Source: Heterodontus francisci (lineage: Eukaryota). Taken from it: a stretch of DNA of 64,000 nt. Both the position numbers and the translations under genes were made by a program. The notes below the pieces were generated by a model. The model ran no database searches. It was given only the letters and a program-made list of their open reading frames with translations, and was not told the DNA's origin. The DNA is taken from assembly GCF_036365525.1 (NCBI RefSeq), contig NC_090374.1:68586903-68650902 (forward strand), in the 5' to 3' direction. Below are positions 1 to 12,763 of this stretch, piece after piece (the stretch's first letter is position 1; each line of letters opens with the position of its first letter).

Positions 1-432
1 GAGGTTGAGCAGATTAGGATTATTTTCATTAGAAAGACGGAGGTTGAGGGGGGACCTGATTGAGGTGTACAAAATCATGAGAGGTATAGACAGGGTGGAT
101 AGCAAGAGGCTTTTTCCCAGAGTGGGGGTTTCAATTACTAGAGGACACGAGTTCAAAGTGAAAGGGGAAAAGTTTAGGGGGATATGCGTGGAAAGTTCTT
201 TACGCAGAGGGTGGTGGGCACCTGGAACGCATTGCCAGCGGAGGTGGTAGATGCGGGCACGATGGATTCTTTTAAGATGTATCTAGACAGATACATGAAT
301 GGGCAGGAAGAAAAGAGATACAGAACCTTAGAAAATAGGCGACATGTTTAGAGAGAGGATCTGGATCGGCGCAGGCTTGGAGGGCCGAAGGGCCTGTTCG
401 TGTGCTGTAATTATCTTTGTTCTTTGTTCTTT
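1..432 (+). mobile_element. CR1 LINE 3' end
   Basis: LGLFSLERRRLRGDLIEVYKI..TRGH C-terminal motif and (TTCTTTG)n tail at about 414-432. Confidence 0.9.
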
Positions 433-2900
433 GCTAGGTGTTTATTATAGACTCCCAGATAGTCAGCTGGAAATTGAGGAGCAAATATGTGTGCAATTTG
501 CAGAGGTGTGTAAAAATAATAGGGTAATTATATTAGGTGATTTCAACTTTCCCAACATTAATTCGGATAGTCATCGTGTTAAGAGCTTAGATGGAGTGGA
601 GTTCTTAAAATGTATACAGGAGAACTTTTTATCTCAATATGTAGAGGATCCAACAAGGGAGGGTGCAGTGCTGGACCTAATTCTGGGGAATGAAGCCGGA
701 CAGGTGGTTGATGTGTTGGTGGGGGTGCATTTTGGTGATAGCAACCACAACGTGGTACAATTTAAGCTTGTTATGGAGAAAGAAATAGACAAAATGTAAA
801 AAATGGTTTTGGATTGGGGGAGAGCGAATTTTAGTAAAATAAGGCAGGATCTGGCCAAGGTAGACTGGAAAGAGTTACTTGTCTGGAAATCTACAGAAGA
901 GCTGTGGGGGGCATTCAAAAAGGAAATGGGGAGGGTACAGGCCCAACATGTTCCCTTAGGGTAATAGATAGGAGCAACAAGCCCAGAGAACCATGGATGA
1001 CCAGAAACATTCAGGGTATGATGAGAAGGAAAAGAGAGGCTTTTAGCAAATACAAGGAGAACAAATCAATGGAAGCATTAGTGGAATACAGAAGGTGTAG
1101 GATGGAGCTTAAGAAAGCAATTAGGAGAGCAAAGAGGGGATATGAGAAAGCTCTGGCTGGTAAAAGTAGGGAAAATCCCAAGATATTCTATAAATATATC
1201 AATGGGAAGAGGATAACCAGGGAAAGAGCAGGACCCATTAGGGACCAAGGGGGAAATTTGTGGGTGGAGCCAGAAGACATTGGTAGGGTGTTGAATGAAT
1301 ACTTCACATTCGTCTTCACCCAAGAGAATGAGGATGTAGATATGGAACTTAGAGAGAGAGACTGTGAGGTTCTTCAGCAAATTGCCATAGGGAGTGACAA
1401 GGTATTGGAGGTTTTGGAAGGCTTAAAAGTGGACAAATCTCCAGGTCCGGACGATTTGTGTCCCAGGATGCTGTGGGAGGCAAGGGTGGAGATTGCAGGG
1501 GCTCTGACCCAAATTTTTAATTCCTCTCTGGCTACGGGGCAGATGCCAGAGGACTGGAGAACAGCTAATGTGGTCTTACTATTTAAGAAAGGTTGTAGAG
1601 ATACGCCAGGGAACTACAGACCAGTGAGTCTCACGTCAGTGGTAGGAAAACTATTGGAGAAAATTCTGAAGGAGAGAATCTGCGTCCACTTGGAGAGGCA
1701 AAATTTGATTAGGAATAGTCAGCATGGTTTTGTCAGAGGGAGGTCATGCCTAACAAATTTGATTGAATTTTTTGAGCATGTGACCAGCATGTGTAGAGGA
1801 GGGTCATGCAGTTGATGTAGTTTACATGGATTTCAGCAAAGCCTTTGACAAGGTCCCACATGGGAGACTTATCAAGAAAGCAAATGCACATGAGATACAA
1901 GTTAACTTGATAAGGTGGATTCAAAATTGGCTCAGCTGTCGGAGACAGAGAGTGATGACAGACGGCTGTTTTAGTGACTGGAAGTCAGTATCCAGTGGCG
2001 TACCACAGGGATCTGTGCTGGGTCCCCTATTGTTTGTCATTTATATAAACGACATAGATGACTATGTGGGGGGGTAGGATCAGTAAGTTCGCGGATGACA
2101 CAAAGATTGGCCGAGTGGTTAACAGTGAGGTGGAGTGTCTTGGGTTACAGGAAGATATAGACGGGATGGTCAAATGAGCAGAAAGGTGGCAAATGGAATT
2201 TAATGCTGAAAAGTGTGATCCTACCCCCCACCTAGCCAAGGTCCCTTTGTTCCTCGGAACTTCCCAGTGTGAGGCCATTCAATGAATACTTCCGTGTCAC
2301 ATTACTCCTTCCAAAGTGTATACAAAGAACAAAGAAAATTACAGCACAGGAACAGGCCCTTCGGCCCTCCAAGCCTGCGCCAATCCAGGTCCTCTATCTA
2401 AACATGACGCCTATTTTCTAAGGGTCTGTATCTCTTTACTTCCTGCCCATTCATGTATCTGTCTAGATACATCTTAAAAGACGCTACCGTGCCCGCATCT
2501 ACCACCTCCGCTGGCAACACGTTCCAGGCACCTACCACCCTCTGCGTAAAGGGTGGATAGGGAGCAGCTATTCCCCTTAGTTGAAAGGTCAGTTACGAGG
2601 GGTCACAAGTTTAAGGTGAGGGGCGGGAGGTTTAAGGGGGATTTGAGGAAGAACTTTTTTACCCAGAGGGTGGTGACGGTCTGGAATGCCCTGCCTGGGA
2701 GGGTGGTAGAGGCAGGTTGCCTCACATCCTTTAAAAAGTACCTGGATGAGCACTTGGCCCGTCAAAACTTTCAAGGCTATGGGCCAAGTGCTGGCAAATG
2801 GGATTCGGTGGACAGGTCAGATGTTTTAATGCATGGGTGCAGACTCGATGGGCCAAAGGGCCTCTTCTGCACTGTATTATTCTGTGATTCTGTGATTTGC
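433..2900 (+). mobile_element. Degraded CR1 LINE (endonuclease-RT-3' end) with an internal inverted block
   Basis: GDFNFP and LDLIL (EN); NYRPVSLTS, QHGF, GVPQGSVLGP and FADD (RT); (ATTCTGTG)n tail at about 2879-2897. The block 2221-2550 is in opposite orientation. Confidence 0.85.
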
Positions 2901-4019
2901 CTAATAATGCATTTCATTGTATTCATAAAAATATAAATCTAAATCAGGAAAAACATAATTACCTATGCGAGAACTGATGCAAATCAAAACCCAGTTTATT
3001 TCACAAATGACTAAGGAGTGGGAAAGTTACAGAAAGTTTCTCAATGTTACCTATCATAGATTCGGCAGATATATCTGTTAGATGGACAGTTTTGTTTAAC
3101 ATTTGAAAAACCAAAAACCGTCGGGCCAAATGGCCCCCTTCTCTACTGTGACCATTCTGTGATTCTATTACAGCGTATTCCTGTATAAATAATCATCGTC
3201 TTTCCAGTCTCCATCCTGACATCTTCCGCAACACTTCCTTTATGTTCTACCTTCGCTCATAGTAAATATATATCGATAGATAAAATCCAGAGTTGAAAGG
3301 TCACAGAAATAGTTTACATTTCAACAACTATAGAGCATGAAATGTCAGTTCTTCAAGGCTGCTTTACGGTAAATAATATCGGTAAGCAATACCGCTTTGC
3401 TATTTCGCTAATTAAGGTTAAAACGTACATGCCCGATAAAAAGAATTTGAATCGAATTCCAAGCTACCTTTCGCCCCAACTGCAATGATTCCAAACATCA
3501 TCTGCTGCTGCCAGGATCTCACGACATTTGATGTGACGGAGCTTTCAAAGCCATAGACTTATCCCTGGACAGCAGGGAAGAAAAGAAAGACTTAACAGAA
3601 ATGCCGGGTAAAATACGTTTTCACCGGCGTTGGTGTCAACGTAAACAAACGAATTTTCCCCATCCTGTGGCATATGTTGCGTCAGTTTATTTAACCACAC
3701 ACACATCTACATACATAATCTCAAATACAAATATTAAAAATGCGCAACTCCTTCCCAAAATATGAATTCAAAGATAAATCCTGAGACCGAACAACCCATT
3801 CTTTCTTATGGGCTGCTCTTGTTCTCGATTCTTTTTAATTTTAAGTTCAAATGCAATGATACAGTGATTTGGTTGAAGTGGGAAAGCTTCTCAAAAGTGC
3901 AAAGATAAGCAGGTTTGCCAGCCGCCAATCAGGCACTAAGAGCTCCCGTTCTAATGTTGACTGAATCTGAGCCCAAATCAATGTCACCCTAAATCTGAAA
4001 TTAAGTGAAACAATGAGTA

Positions 4020-5714
4020 CTAAAATGAGTACTTTGCATCAGTATTTACCAAAGCGAAGGACTCGGTGGATGATGAGCCCAGTCTCAGTCATCTCATTAT
4101 CAAAAAGGAGGTGTTGGGTGTCTTGCAAAGCATTAAGGTAGATAAGTCCCCAGGGCCTGATGGGATCTACCCCAGAATACTGAGGGAGGCAAGGGAAGAA
4201 ATTGCTGGGGCCTTGACAGAAATCTTTGCATCCTCATTGGCGACAGGTGAGGTCCCAGAGGACTCGAGAATAGCCAATGTTGTTCCTTTGTTTAAGAAGG
4301 GTAGCAAGGATAATCCAGGAAATTATAGGCCGGTGAGCTTTACGTCAGTGGTAGGGAAATTATGAGAGAGGATTCTTCGGGACAGGATTTACTCTCATTT
4401 GGAAACAAATGGACTTATTAGCAAGAGTCAGCATGGTTTTGTGAAGGGGAGGTCGTGTCTCACTAATTTGATTGAGTTTTTTGAGGCAGTGACAAAGATG
4501 ATTGATGAAGGAAGGGCAGTGGATGTTATCTATATGGACTTCAGTAAAGCCTTTGACAAGGTCCCTCATGGCAGACTGGTACAAAAGGTGAAGTCACACG
4601 GGATCAGAGGTGAGCTGGCAAGATGGATACAGAACTGGCTCAGTCATAGAAGACAGAGGGTAGCAGTGGAAGGGTGCTTTTCTGAATGGAGGGATGTGAC
4701 TAGTGGTGTTCCGCAGGGATCAGTGCTGGGACCTTTGCTGTTTGTAGTATACATAAATGATTTGGAGGAAAATGTAGCTGGTCTGATTAGTAAGTTTGCG
4801 GATGACACAAAGGTTGGTGGAGTTGTGGATAGTGTTGAGGATTGTCAGAGGATACAGCAGGGTATAGATCGGTTGGAGACTTGGGCGGAGAAATGGCAGA
4901 TGGAGTTTAATCCGGATAAATGTGAGGTAATGCATTTTGGAAGGTCTAATGCAGGTGGGAAGTATACAGTAAATGGCAGAACCCTTAGGAGTATTGACAG
5001 GCAGAGAGATCTGGGCGTACAGGTCCACAGGTCACTGAAAGTGGCAACGCAGGTGGATAAGGTAGTCAAGAAGGCATACGGCATGCTTGCCTTCATCGGT
5101 CGGGGCATTGAGTATAAAAATTGGCAAGTCATGCTGCAGCTGTACAGAACTTTAGTTAGGCCACACTTAGAATATTGCGTGCAATTCTGGTCGCCACACT
5201 ACCAGAAGGACGTGGAGGCTTTGGAGAGGGTACAGAAGAGGTTTACCAGGATGTTGCCTGGTCTGGAGGGCATTAGCTATGAGGAGAGGTTGGATAAACT
5301 CGGATTGTTTTCACTGGAACGACGGAGGTGGAGGGGCGACATGATAGAGGTTTACAAGGTTATGAGTGGAATGGACAGAGTGGATAGTCAGAAGCTTTTT
5401 CCCAGGGTGGAAGAGTCAGTTACTAGGGGACATAGGTTTAAGGTGAGAGGGGCAAAGTTTAGAGGGGATGTGCGAGGCAAGTTCTTTACACAGAGGGTGG
5501 TGAGTGCCTGGAACTTGCTGCTGGGGGAGGTAGTGGAAGCAGGTACAAAAGCGACGTTTAAGAGGCATCTTGACAAATACATGAATAGGATGGGAATAGA
5601 GATATACGGACCCCAGAAGTGCAGAAGGTTTTAGTTTAGGCAGGCATCAAGATCGGCGCAGGCTTGGAGGGCCAAATGGCCTGTTCCTGTGCTGTACTGT
5701 TCCTTGTTTTTTGT
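4020..5714 (+). mobile_element. Young CR1 LINE, 5'-truncated, RT region
   Basis: ORFs 4066-4365 and 4399-5634 (one frameshift) with all CR1 RT motifs and a 3' tail; closely similar to the 47107-49378 copy. Confidence 0.93.
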
Positions 5715-5717
5715 AAT

Positions 5718-6241
5718 GGGCTGAATTTTCCCAGCTCTTTGGAGACAGGCTAGGAGGTAGGAGGGCTGTTGATATCATGCGGGCTATCCAAGGGCCCAGT
5801 TAAGAGTCGCTTCCCGTCTCCCACAAGCATTTTGCCCACGTCAGGAGGGCCCACCGCCACATGCGGAGACTGCTAGGTAAACCCTGGTGGCCTCCCAGCG
5901 GCTTCCTGAGGGGAGGCCCTCCTTCACTGGCACTCCATGGTTCATGGGGGAGGCCCCCGGCAGCAATGGCCAGCCTCCAATAGCTACAGCACCACCCATG
6001 CACCAGGACCACCCCCACCCCCTAATCGTCGAGCCTGCCTGCCTGGCCTCCGCTGTTCAAAAATAACTCACGTGTTTTCAAGGGCGCAGCAGCAGTGGCA
6101 TGCCGAGGCTGCTGAGCTGCCGGCCCTCTGACTGATTAGCCACAGCAGGCAAAATGCCGCCCCACCACCCGCCGGTGTGGGGTCCCCTCCCACTTTTGGC
6201 CCTGGCAGCGGGACTTCTTCAGGGCTATCAAAATTCAGCCC
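5718..6241. mobile_element. MITE, PIF/Harbinger-like
   Basis: Perfect 12-bp TIR GGGCTGAATTTT (5718-5729) / AAAATTCAGCCC (6230-6241) with a 3-bp direct repeat AAT on both sides; no transposase ORF. Confidence 0.75.
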
Positions 6242-6334
6242 AATGTTTGTATAGTTTAATAAGGACATTGTTAGTATTGTTAGATTTAAACACATAGCTT
6301 GTAAATCAAATTAACTAATCTATACATCTGACGT

Positions 6335-6476
6335 ACAGAATCACAGAATCACAGAATAATACAGTGCAGAAGAAGCCCTTCGGCCCATCGAGTCTGCACC
6401 GATGCATTAAAACACCTGACCTGTCTACCTAATCCCATTTGCCGCGCTTGGCCCATAGCCTTGAATGTTATGACGT
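6335..6476 (-). mobile_element. Short CR1 3' fragment
   Basis: (ATTCTGTG)n tail on the minus strand; similar to 2760-2897; flanked by TGACGTACA (6329-6337 and 6471-6479). Confidence 0.75.
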
Positions 6477-7349
6477 ACATCTATTAACAATTATTAAATA
6501 TGCGTGAGAATACTTTATTTGTTCCACTCACAATCACAACAGGAATGCAAGTATAAATATATAAAAACTTATGTGCCACTGCATATGTAACATTCCACTT
6601 CTAGGACGACATACAGTAATTATTGATAAATGTGTGTATTCATGCCTATACATGTTTAAAAAAAAGTGCTATGGATGTACATTTGATGTATGAAGGGGCA
6701 GCCTGTCCCCCATTGCTGCAATAATGACTTAGGGTGATTGATTTGTCACTGCAGTGTCACACGTGTTGTCACTTGGGCCAGCAGATAGTAACAAGCGTGA
6801 GAAAGCGTGGCACCTTCACTTTATAATTATTTATCTTGGAGCTTTTTCTTTACTAACTTTTTGCAATCACCTTACAATTGGCGTTAGAATCAATAATGTT
6901 TTTTTCCCCTGTGGGATTGATGTGCAATAGGATAGTTCTTATTGCAGGTTAATTTACTTCATGTTTAATTATGCAGTTGGCAAGCCTTGCCAGACGCAAA
7001 TTTATTTTGTCTACGCATTAGAGCCAGTCTATGTCCCCACTGGTTAGAAGCACTGATGGGTGCCATTTTTAACTGATGGCAACATTGCAATTTTAAAAAA
7101 AAATTCTCGGGAGATGCATGATGTTGACAATGCCACATTTATTGCTCATTCCTAGTTGCTCTGAGAACATGGTTGTGGGCCTTTTCTTTGAACGGTTGTA
7201 GATCTTGTGCTGACCACACCTTATCGATTAGCCAATCAAATTACTTAAAATGTTTTTTGAATAAATAGGCCATCATATTTTCCTTATTGATTGAAATTCT
7301 TAATATCTAAAATAAAATATTAAAACAACAAAAAAAATATATTTCACAA

Positions 7350-8200
7350 TGACTTATATTTATATAGCACCTTTAGCATGAAACATCTCAAGGTGATTCT
7401 CAGTATTAGAAAACAAAGTATGACACCAAGCCACAAAAGGAGATACTAGGTCAGATGACCAAAAGCTTGGCCAAAGAGATAGGTTTTAAGGAGCGTCTTA
7501 AAGGAGGAAAGCAAGGTGGAGAGGTGGCGAGATGCAGAGAGGAAATTCCAGAGCCTAGGGCCCAGGCAACTGAAGGCATGGCCATCAATGGTGGAGCGAC
7601 TAAAATCAGGGATGCTCAAGAGGCCAGAATTAGATGAGTACAGATATCTCGGAGGGTTGTGGGGCTGGAGGAGATTACAGGGATAGGGAGGGGTGAAGCC
7701 ATGGAGGGATTTAAAAGTAAGGATGAGAATTTTAAAATCAAGGCATTGCTTGACCAGGAGACAATGTAGGTCAGTGAGCACAGGGGGCGGATAAGGGAAT
7801 GGGACTTGGTGTGAGTTAAGACACAGGCAGCGGGGTTTTGGATGACCTCAAGGTTATGGAGGGTAGAATGTGGGAGGCTAGCCAGAAGTGCATTGGAATA
7901 TTCATGTCTAGAGGTAATGAAGGTATGGATGAGGGTTTCAGCAGCAGATGAACTGAGACAGGGGTGAAGTCGGGTGATGGCACAGAGGTGGAAATAGGCA
8001 GGCTTAGTGAAGGCGTGAATCTGTGGTCGGAAGTGCATCTCGGAGTCAAATATGACATCAAGGTTGCAAACAATCTGGTTTCATCTCAGAATGTCGCCAA
8101 GGAGAGGGATAGATTCAGTAGCTAGGGACCAGAGTTTGGAGTGGGGACTGAATACAATGGCTTCAGTCTTCTCAATATTTAATGGAGGAAATGTCTACCC
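7350..8200 (-). mobile_element. L2 LINE 3' part
   Basis: AETLIHTFITSR.EYSNALL and LHCLLVKQCLDFKILILTFKSLHG.PPY (L2 C-terminal motifs); GTGCTATATAAATA-type tail. Confidence 0.8.
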
Positions 8201-8664
8201 ATAATTGCATCATTAATGTTATAGAAAACTGTCTTATGTGCTTTAATATTTTCATTAAAGGCCTCATCCTCTTCTAAAAGTCTGATCTTGGACATGATAA
8301 TTTTGTGTACAGCAATGCTCTGCGAGCTAAAGGTAGATCCTCCAGCTTCACCATGTGCAATGTGCAACATCCCAGTGTGAATTAGTATTTAGCTAGCCAA
8401 ATGATAAATTTCTTTTCTCTTGTGAACAATATTTATTTGGTTATCTTTCAAAATCATTTAAAGCAAAGCTACAGGTTAAATTTCTAAAACGTTATTCAGG
8501 TGTAGTTTATAATGAGTATTAACAATCTGCTATGATGTTGCCTACCATATTTAAACATTAATTGGGTATTAAATAAAAAGAAGAACAGAAAGGCAGGGCC
8601 AGAAAGTACCCTGAAAGTTTTTTTTTTAATAGCCAGCATGGGAATTTAACAAAATAGTAGAAAG

Positions 8665-9240
8665 AAATCTTGCATTTTTAAAGCACCTTTCACAACCTCA
8701 AGATGTCCTGAAGTGTTTTACAATTAATGAGGTACCTTTGAAGTGTAGTCACAGTTGTAATGTAGGAAATGTGCTGCCAATTTGCACTCAGAAAAAAAAG
8801 TTAAATAATTGGCAAGATCATCTGTTTGAGGTGTTGTGGTTGAGGGATGAATGTTGGCCAGGACACTGGGGAGAACTTAAATAAAAGCAAAATACTGCAG
8901 ATGTTGGAAATCTGAAATAAAAACAGAAAATGCTGGAAATACTCAGCAGGTCTGGCAGTAACTGTGGAGAGAGAAACAGAGTTAACGTTTCCAGCACTTC
9001 CTGTTTTTATTACTGGGGAGAACTTCCCCACTCTTGTTGAAACATTGCCGTGAGTTCTTTTTTGTCCACCAGAGAGGGCAAATGAGGCCTCAGTTTAACG
9101 TTTCATTCAAAAGAAGGCGCTTCCAAAAGTGCAGCACTCTGTCAGTACTGCATTGAAGCATCAGCCTGAAATTACAACAGGACTTGAGTCCATCACCTTC
9201 TGACTGAGAAATGACTGTTACAATTGAACCGCAGCTGACA
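8665..9240 (-). mobile_element. Deu-domain SINE (SacSINE1/AmnSINE1-like), interrupted
   Basis: Deu-like core (GTGCAGCACT..CAGTACTGCA; TTTGAAGTGTAGTCAC.GTTGTAATGTAGG) with an L2-like tail. Family recalled from memory. Confidence 0.6.
8879..9011 (-). mobile_element. Short Penelope terminal-repeat insertion
   Basis: Homologous to the Penelope terminal repeat at 42587-42700; 14-bp TSD ACTGGGGAGAACTT (8865-8878 and 9012-9025). Confidence 0.85.
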
Positions 9241-9590
9241 ATAGAAGGTAAAGAGTTACAATGGGTGGATAAAGTTCTAACTGTGTTATTGGCTGGGGTG
9301 TAAGGAACACTTAGAGCAAAAAACAATTGCTAAAGGGTGGAATGACCATGGGATGTGGCACCCGACATGTGGTGTGTGAAAAGAAATTAGAGGAGGCCTG
9401 GGTAGTTTAGCAATGAGGACAGGCCATCATGTTGTAATAAATTTTGGAACAGCAATATGCTGAAGTTGGGGAACAGGGTGAGCCAAATAGCCCAATTGTA
9501 GAAAAAAAATAGACAAATCAAATCATAGCTTTGAGGGGCATAAATAGGGAGAAAAACCCATCAGAGAGCAGGCAAATATAATATATATAA

Positions 9591-10591
9591 TGTTATGATC
9601 AGGTGAGGAGGGGTCACAAGGATCCCCTCTTGTCCTCCTCCTGGTTTGACCACAACCGAGTTTATTCTCTTTTAAAACAGTGTGGTTGTGCTTACACTTC
9701 AGTGAGTGTTTTACCTTTTATCTTTGTTGTGATCCTAAAGAATTAATCGGACAAGTTTCCTTGAGTTAAAACAAGAGGTGAGTTTTTTGTACTTAAAAAA
9801 ACTAAACCCGATTTAGATAAAATTATAAAATTACTCTACACTTTCACTCACATACATACATGAGAATCATACACACAGACTACAGAGTGATAAGAAATAG
9901 TTTGGTTTGGATTACAGTCCAGAACAAGTAAAAATTAATACACAGTTTGTGGGGTTAGGTGATTCTTTTGTCTTCCGGCCAAAGTTGTGATCTTGAGTTC
10001 TGGTTGATTGTTGTTCTTGGAGACAATTGAGCAGAGGGTGTCCTTCCCGGGGTCTTTGTCTTGGATCTAGCAGCTGGCAGCTAGGCGAGAGAGAGAGGTG
10101 GGGAGAGAGACTCCTTCTGTCTTCTGTACAGATAGAGTCGCTGGCGTGTCTGCTTTGTGTAACAAAACTCCCAGTTTTACACAGTGTGGGGAGATGGTCA
10201 TCTGGTTCTCTCAATCCCCTTTGTTTTTAATGAGGTCCAAAGTCTAAAACCCAAAAGCTGTCTCAGGGGTATTGTCATTGTTCACCCCTGGAGGGATGTC
10301 TCCACTCATGAATGCCTCAAGATGGCTTTGAATGTCTTGCTAATTAAAGCAATCTCAGGTAGATCAATCAATAAGGCAAGCCATTGTGTTAGATACAGGC
10401 TAATCAGACATGCGTCACCACTTTGATGCCTTGGAATGTGAAAGGTGTTCAAATACAAATGGTGGCGGCCATTTTTAGCAGTGGCAAAGTCTTTGTAAAA
10501 GTTGAATGTAATATTCCAGCTGCCCTTTTTTAAGTTTAATGGAGGTTTCCAATTGATGAGTTTAAAAAATCCTCCTTTGGTTTTCTTGACA
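9591..10591 (-). mobile_element. Solo LTR (Gypsy-type)
   Basis: TG...CA termini (TGTTATGA / CTTGACA) and 4-bp TSD ATAA; left end similar to the LTRs at 22679, 30924 and 61170. Strand inferred from the PBS at 30897. Confidence 0.75.
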
Positions 10592-11049
10592 ATAATAATG
10601 AGTTTAGGAAGTTTCTGTCCTATAATTCCTCACTCATAAAAAGTAAACATCTATGTTTGGAATTAGCAGAGGTTGGCTGCTGTTCTTCACAGCAAAACAC
10701 CAACATGTTTTCACATACAACAGTAGCTTCTTAGTCAGTGTCTCCAGTGCTATGTATGTGCCATCATATCATGTGGGGGAATTTAGGCATGCCAAAAAAA
10801 AATCCGGGGAAGAGACAAAAGAACAGTAGAATGAAGTACAGGTGTCAGTGAGTAAAAATTGTAAAGAAACGGTTTCAGAAAGTCTCCTCTGAAGACCATA
10901 ATCAGTAAGTGAATTTGATGTCCTCTTCAGCTGATTGACTCCTCATTTAGAATTCTCTGAAGTGCTGGGGGAACTGTATGACCTTTTTTGGGTTGTAAAG
11001 TTCACCAATTGCAGGAGCAGCATTAACCCTGGAATATATGTTCCTATAT

Positions 11050-11414
11050 GGGGCGGCACAGTGGCACAGTGGTTAGCACCGCAGCCTCACAGCTCCAGCA
11101 ACCCAGGTTCAATTCTGGGTACTGCCTGTGTGGAGTTTGCAAGTTCTCCCTGTGTCTGCGTGGGTTTTCGTCGGGTGCTCCGGTTTCCTCCCACCACCAA
11201 AAGACTTGCAGGTTGATAGGTAAATTGGCCATTATAAATTGCCCCTAGTATAGGTAGGTGGTAGGGGAATATAGGTGACAAGTGGGGATGTGGTAGAAAT
11301 ATGGGATTAGTGTAGGGTTAAAATAAATGGGTGGTTGATGGTCGGCACAGACTCGGTGGGCCGAAGGGCCTGTTTCAGTGCTGTATCTCTAAATAAAAAT
11401 AAAAATAAATAAAT
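11050..11414 (+). mobile_element. tRNA-derived V-SINE (HE1-like)
   Basis: A box TGGCACAGTGG, B box GGTTCAATTCT, V-domain TGTGTGGAGTTTGCA.GTTCTCCC, CR1-like 3' end and (TAAA)n tail. Confidence 0.88.
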
Positions 11415-12708
11415 AGATTACTGGAGATAATCTGGCAAGTCTTTTATTTTATTATAATCAATGTCTTCTGGACAATGGTCCTTTTCTGTATTTCACTGTA
11501 AAAAGACACAAAATAAACTACAGTATTTATTACAATGGATTTGAAACCTAATATTTTTTAGAAAATTAATGTTACCAAATGTCAAACATTGGCACTAAAT
11601 ACTGCTGCATTTAATCAGGAACTTCGACCCTAAGTTTCCCAATGGAACCCAGAAAAAAATTCTTAACTTTCAAGATAGTGGAAACTTCCATATACTTCAA
11701 GAATGCAGCTATGGAAATGAGCCCTCATGGGTTTTGATGGGTGTAAGATCCATGAAGGCAATTAATTACCTTAAGCAGAAGTGTCACTGCCTCAATTAAG
11801 AGTCAGAGAAAAAAATATTCTTATTCATCTGGCCCTTCCCAGATCTCCCACACTTGCATGACGCTGATCTGATTTTCCAAGCCTCCATTGCTAATGCTGA
11901 GTTGTTGGTGTCAACATTAACCATGCAGATTTGGGATAGAAAATTTATCCTAGTGCCTGGCTGGCTGGGAGTTGTGCAACGTAAAACTTTCACAGGCAAT
12001 GCATGACTTCCAAAATCTCAGTATGTGTAGTATTCATAATATCAAACTCTAGATGACAAATCTTGTCTGATCATTCTCGAGATATGGGCATTGTTAGCAT
12101 CCCTAGCTGCCCCCGAGAAGGTGATGGTGTGCCGCCTTCTTGAACAGCTGCAGTCCATGTGGTGAAGGTGCTCCCAAAATGCTGTTAGGTAGGGAGTTCC
12201 AGGTTACAGGTGCGAAACAACTTTATTTAAAAAAGCAGAAAGCAAGCCAGATATTTGATTCTTTGTTCTGATCTTAAAGCTAGAAATATTTGCAATCTCT
12301 ACTTTAACATAGGAATTTATAGGGATTCACTAATACCTGGATTCTCACCTACGCATAAGCCTTAAAGCTGTGCTCCATACATTAGACTACATGAAGGGAA
12401 AATAGTTGTAGAACATCTTGACTTATCCAGTTGTTCCTACAGATTACTGGAGATAATCTGGCAAGTCTTATTTATTTTTTGTGATAATCAATGTCTTCTG
12501 GACAATGGTCCTTTTCTGTATTCCACTGTAAAAAGACACAAAATAAACTGCAGTATTTATTACAATGGATTTGAAACCTAATTTTTTTTTAGTAAATTAA
12601 TGTTTTCAAATGTCAAATATTGGTGCTATATACTGCTGCATTTAACCAGGAACTTCTACCCTCAGTTTCCCTGTGGAACCCAAAAAACATTCTTAACTTT
12701 CAAGATAG
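11415..12708 (+). repeat. Dispersed ~265-bp direct duplication (11415-11678 and 12441-12708)
   Basis: Both copies run AGATTACTGGAGATAATCTGGCAAGTCTT ... TTCTTAACTTTCAAGATAG with few differences. Confidence 0.85.
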
Positions 12709-12763
12709 AAATTCTTTCATATACATTTAAACATGCACACAGTATATATGCAAATTTAATCTG

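Noticed and set aside
11050-11120. tRNA genes at A/B-box sites (also 24570-24638, 28795-28885, 33661, 50585, 60461)
   Set aside because: They continue into SINE or LINE bodies and no full cloverleaf is evident.
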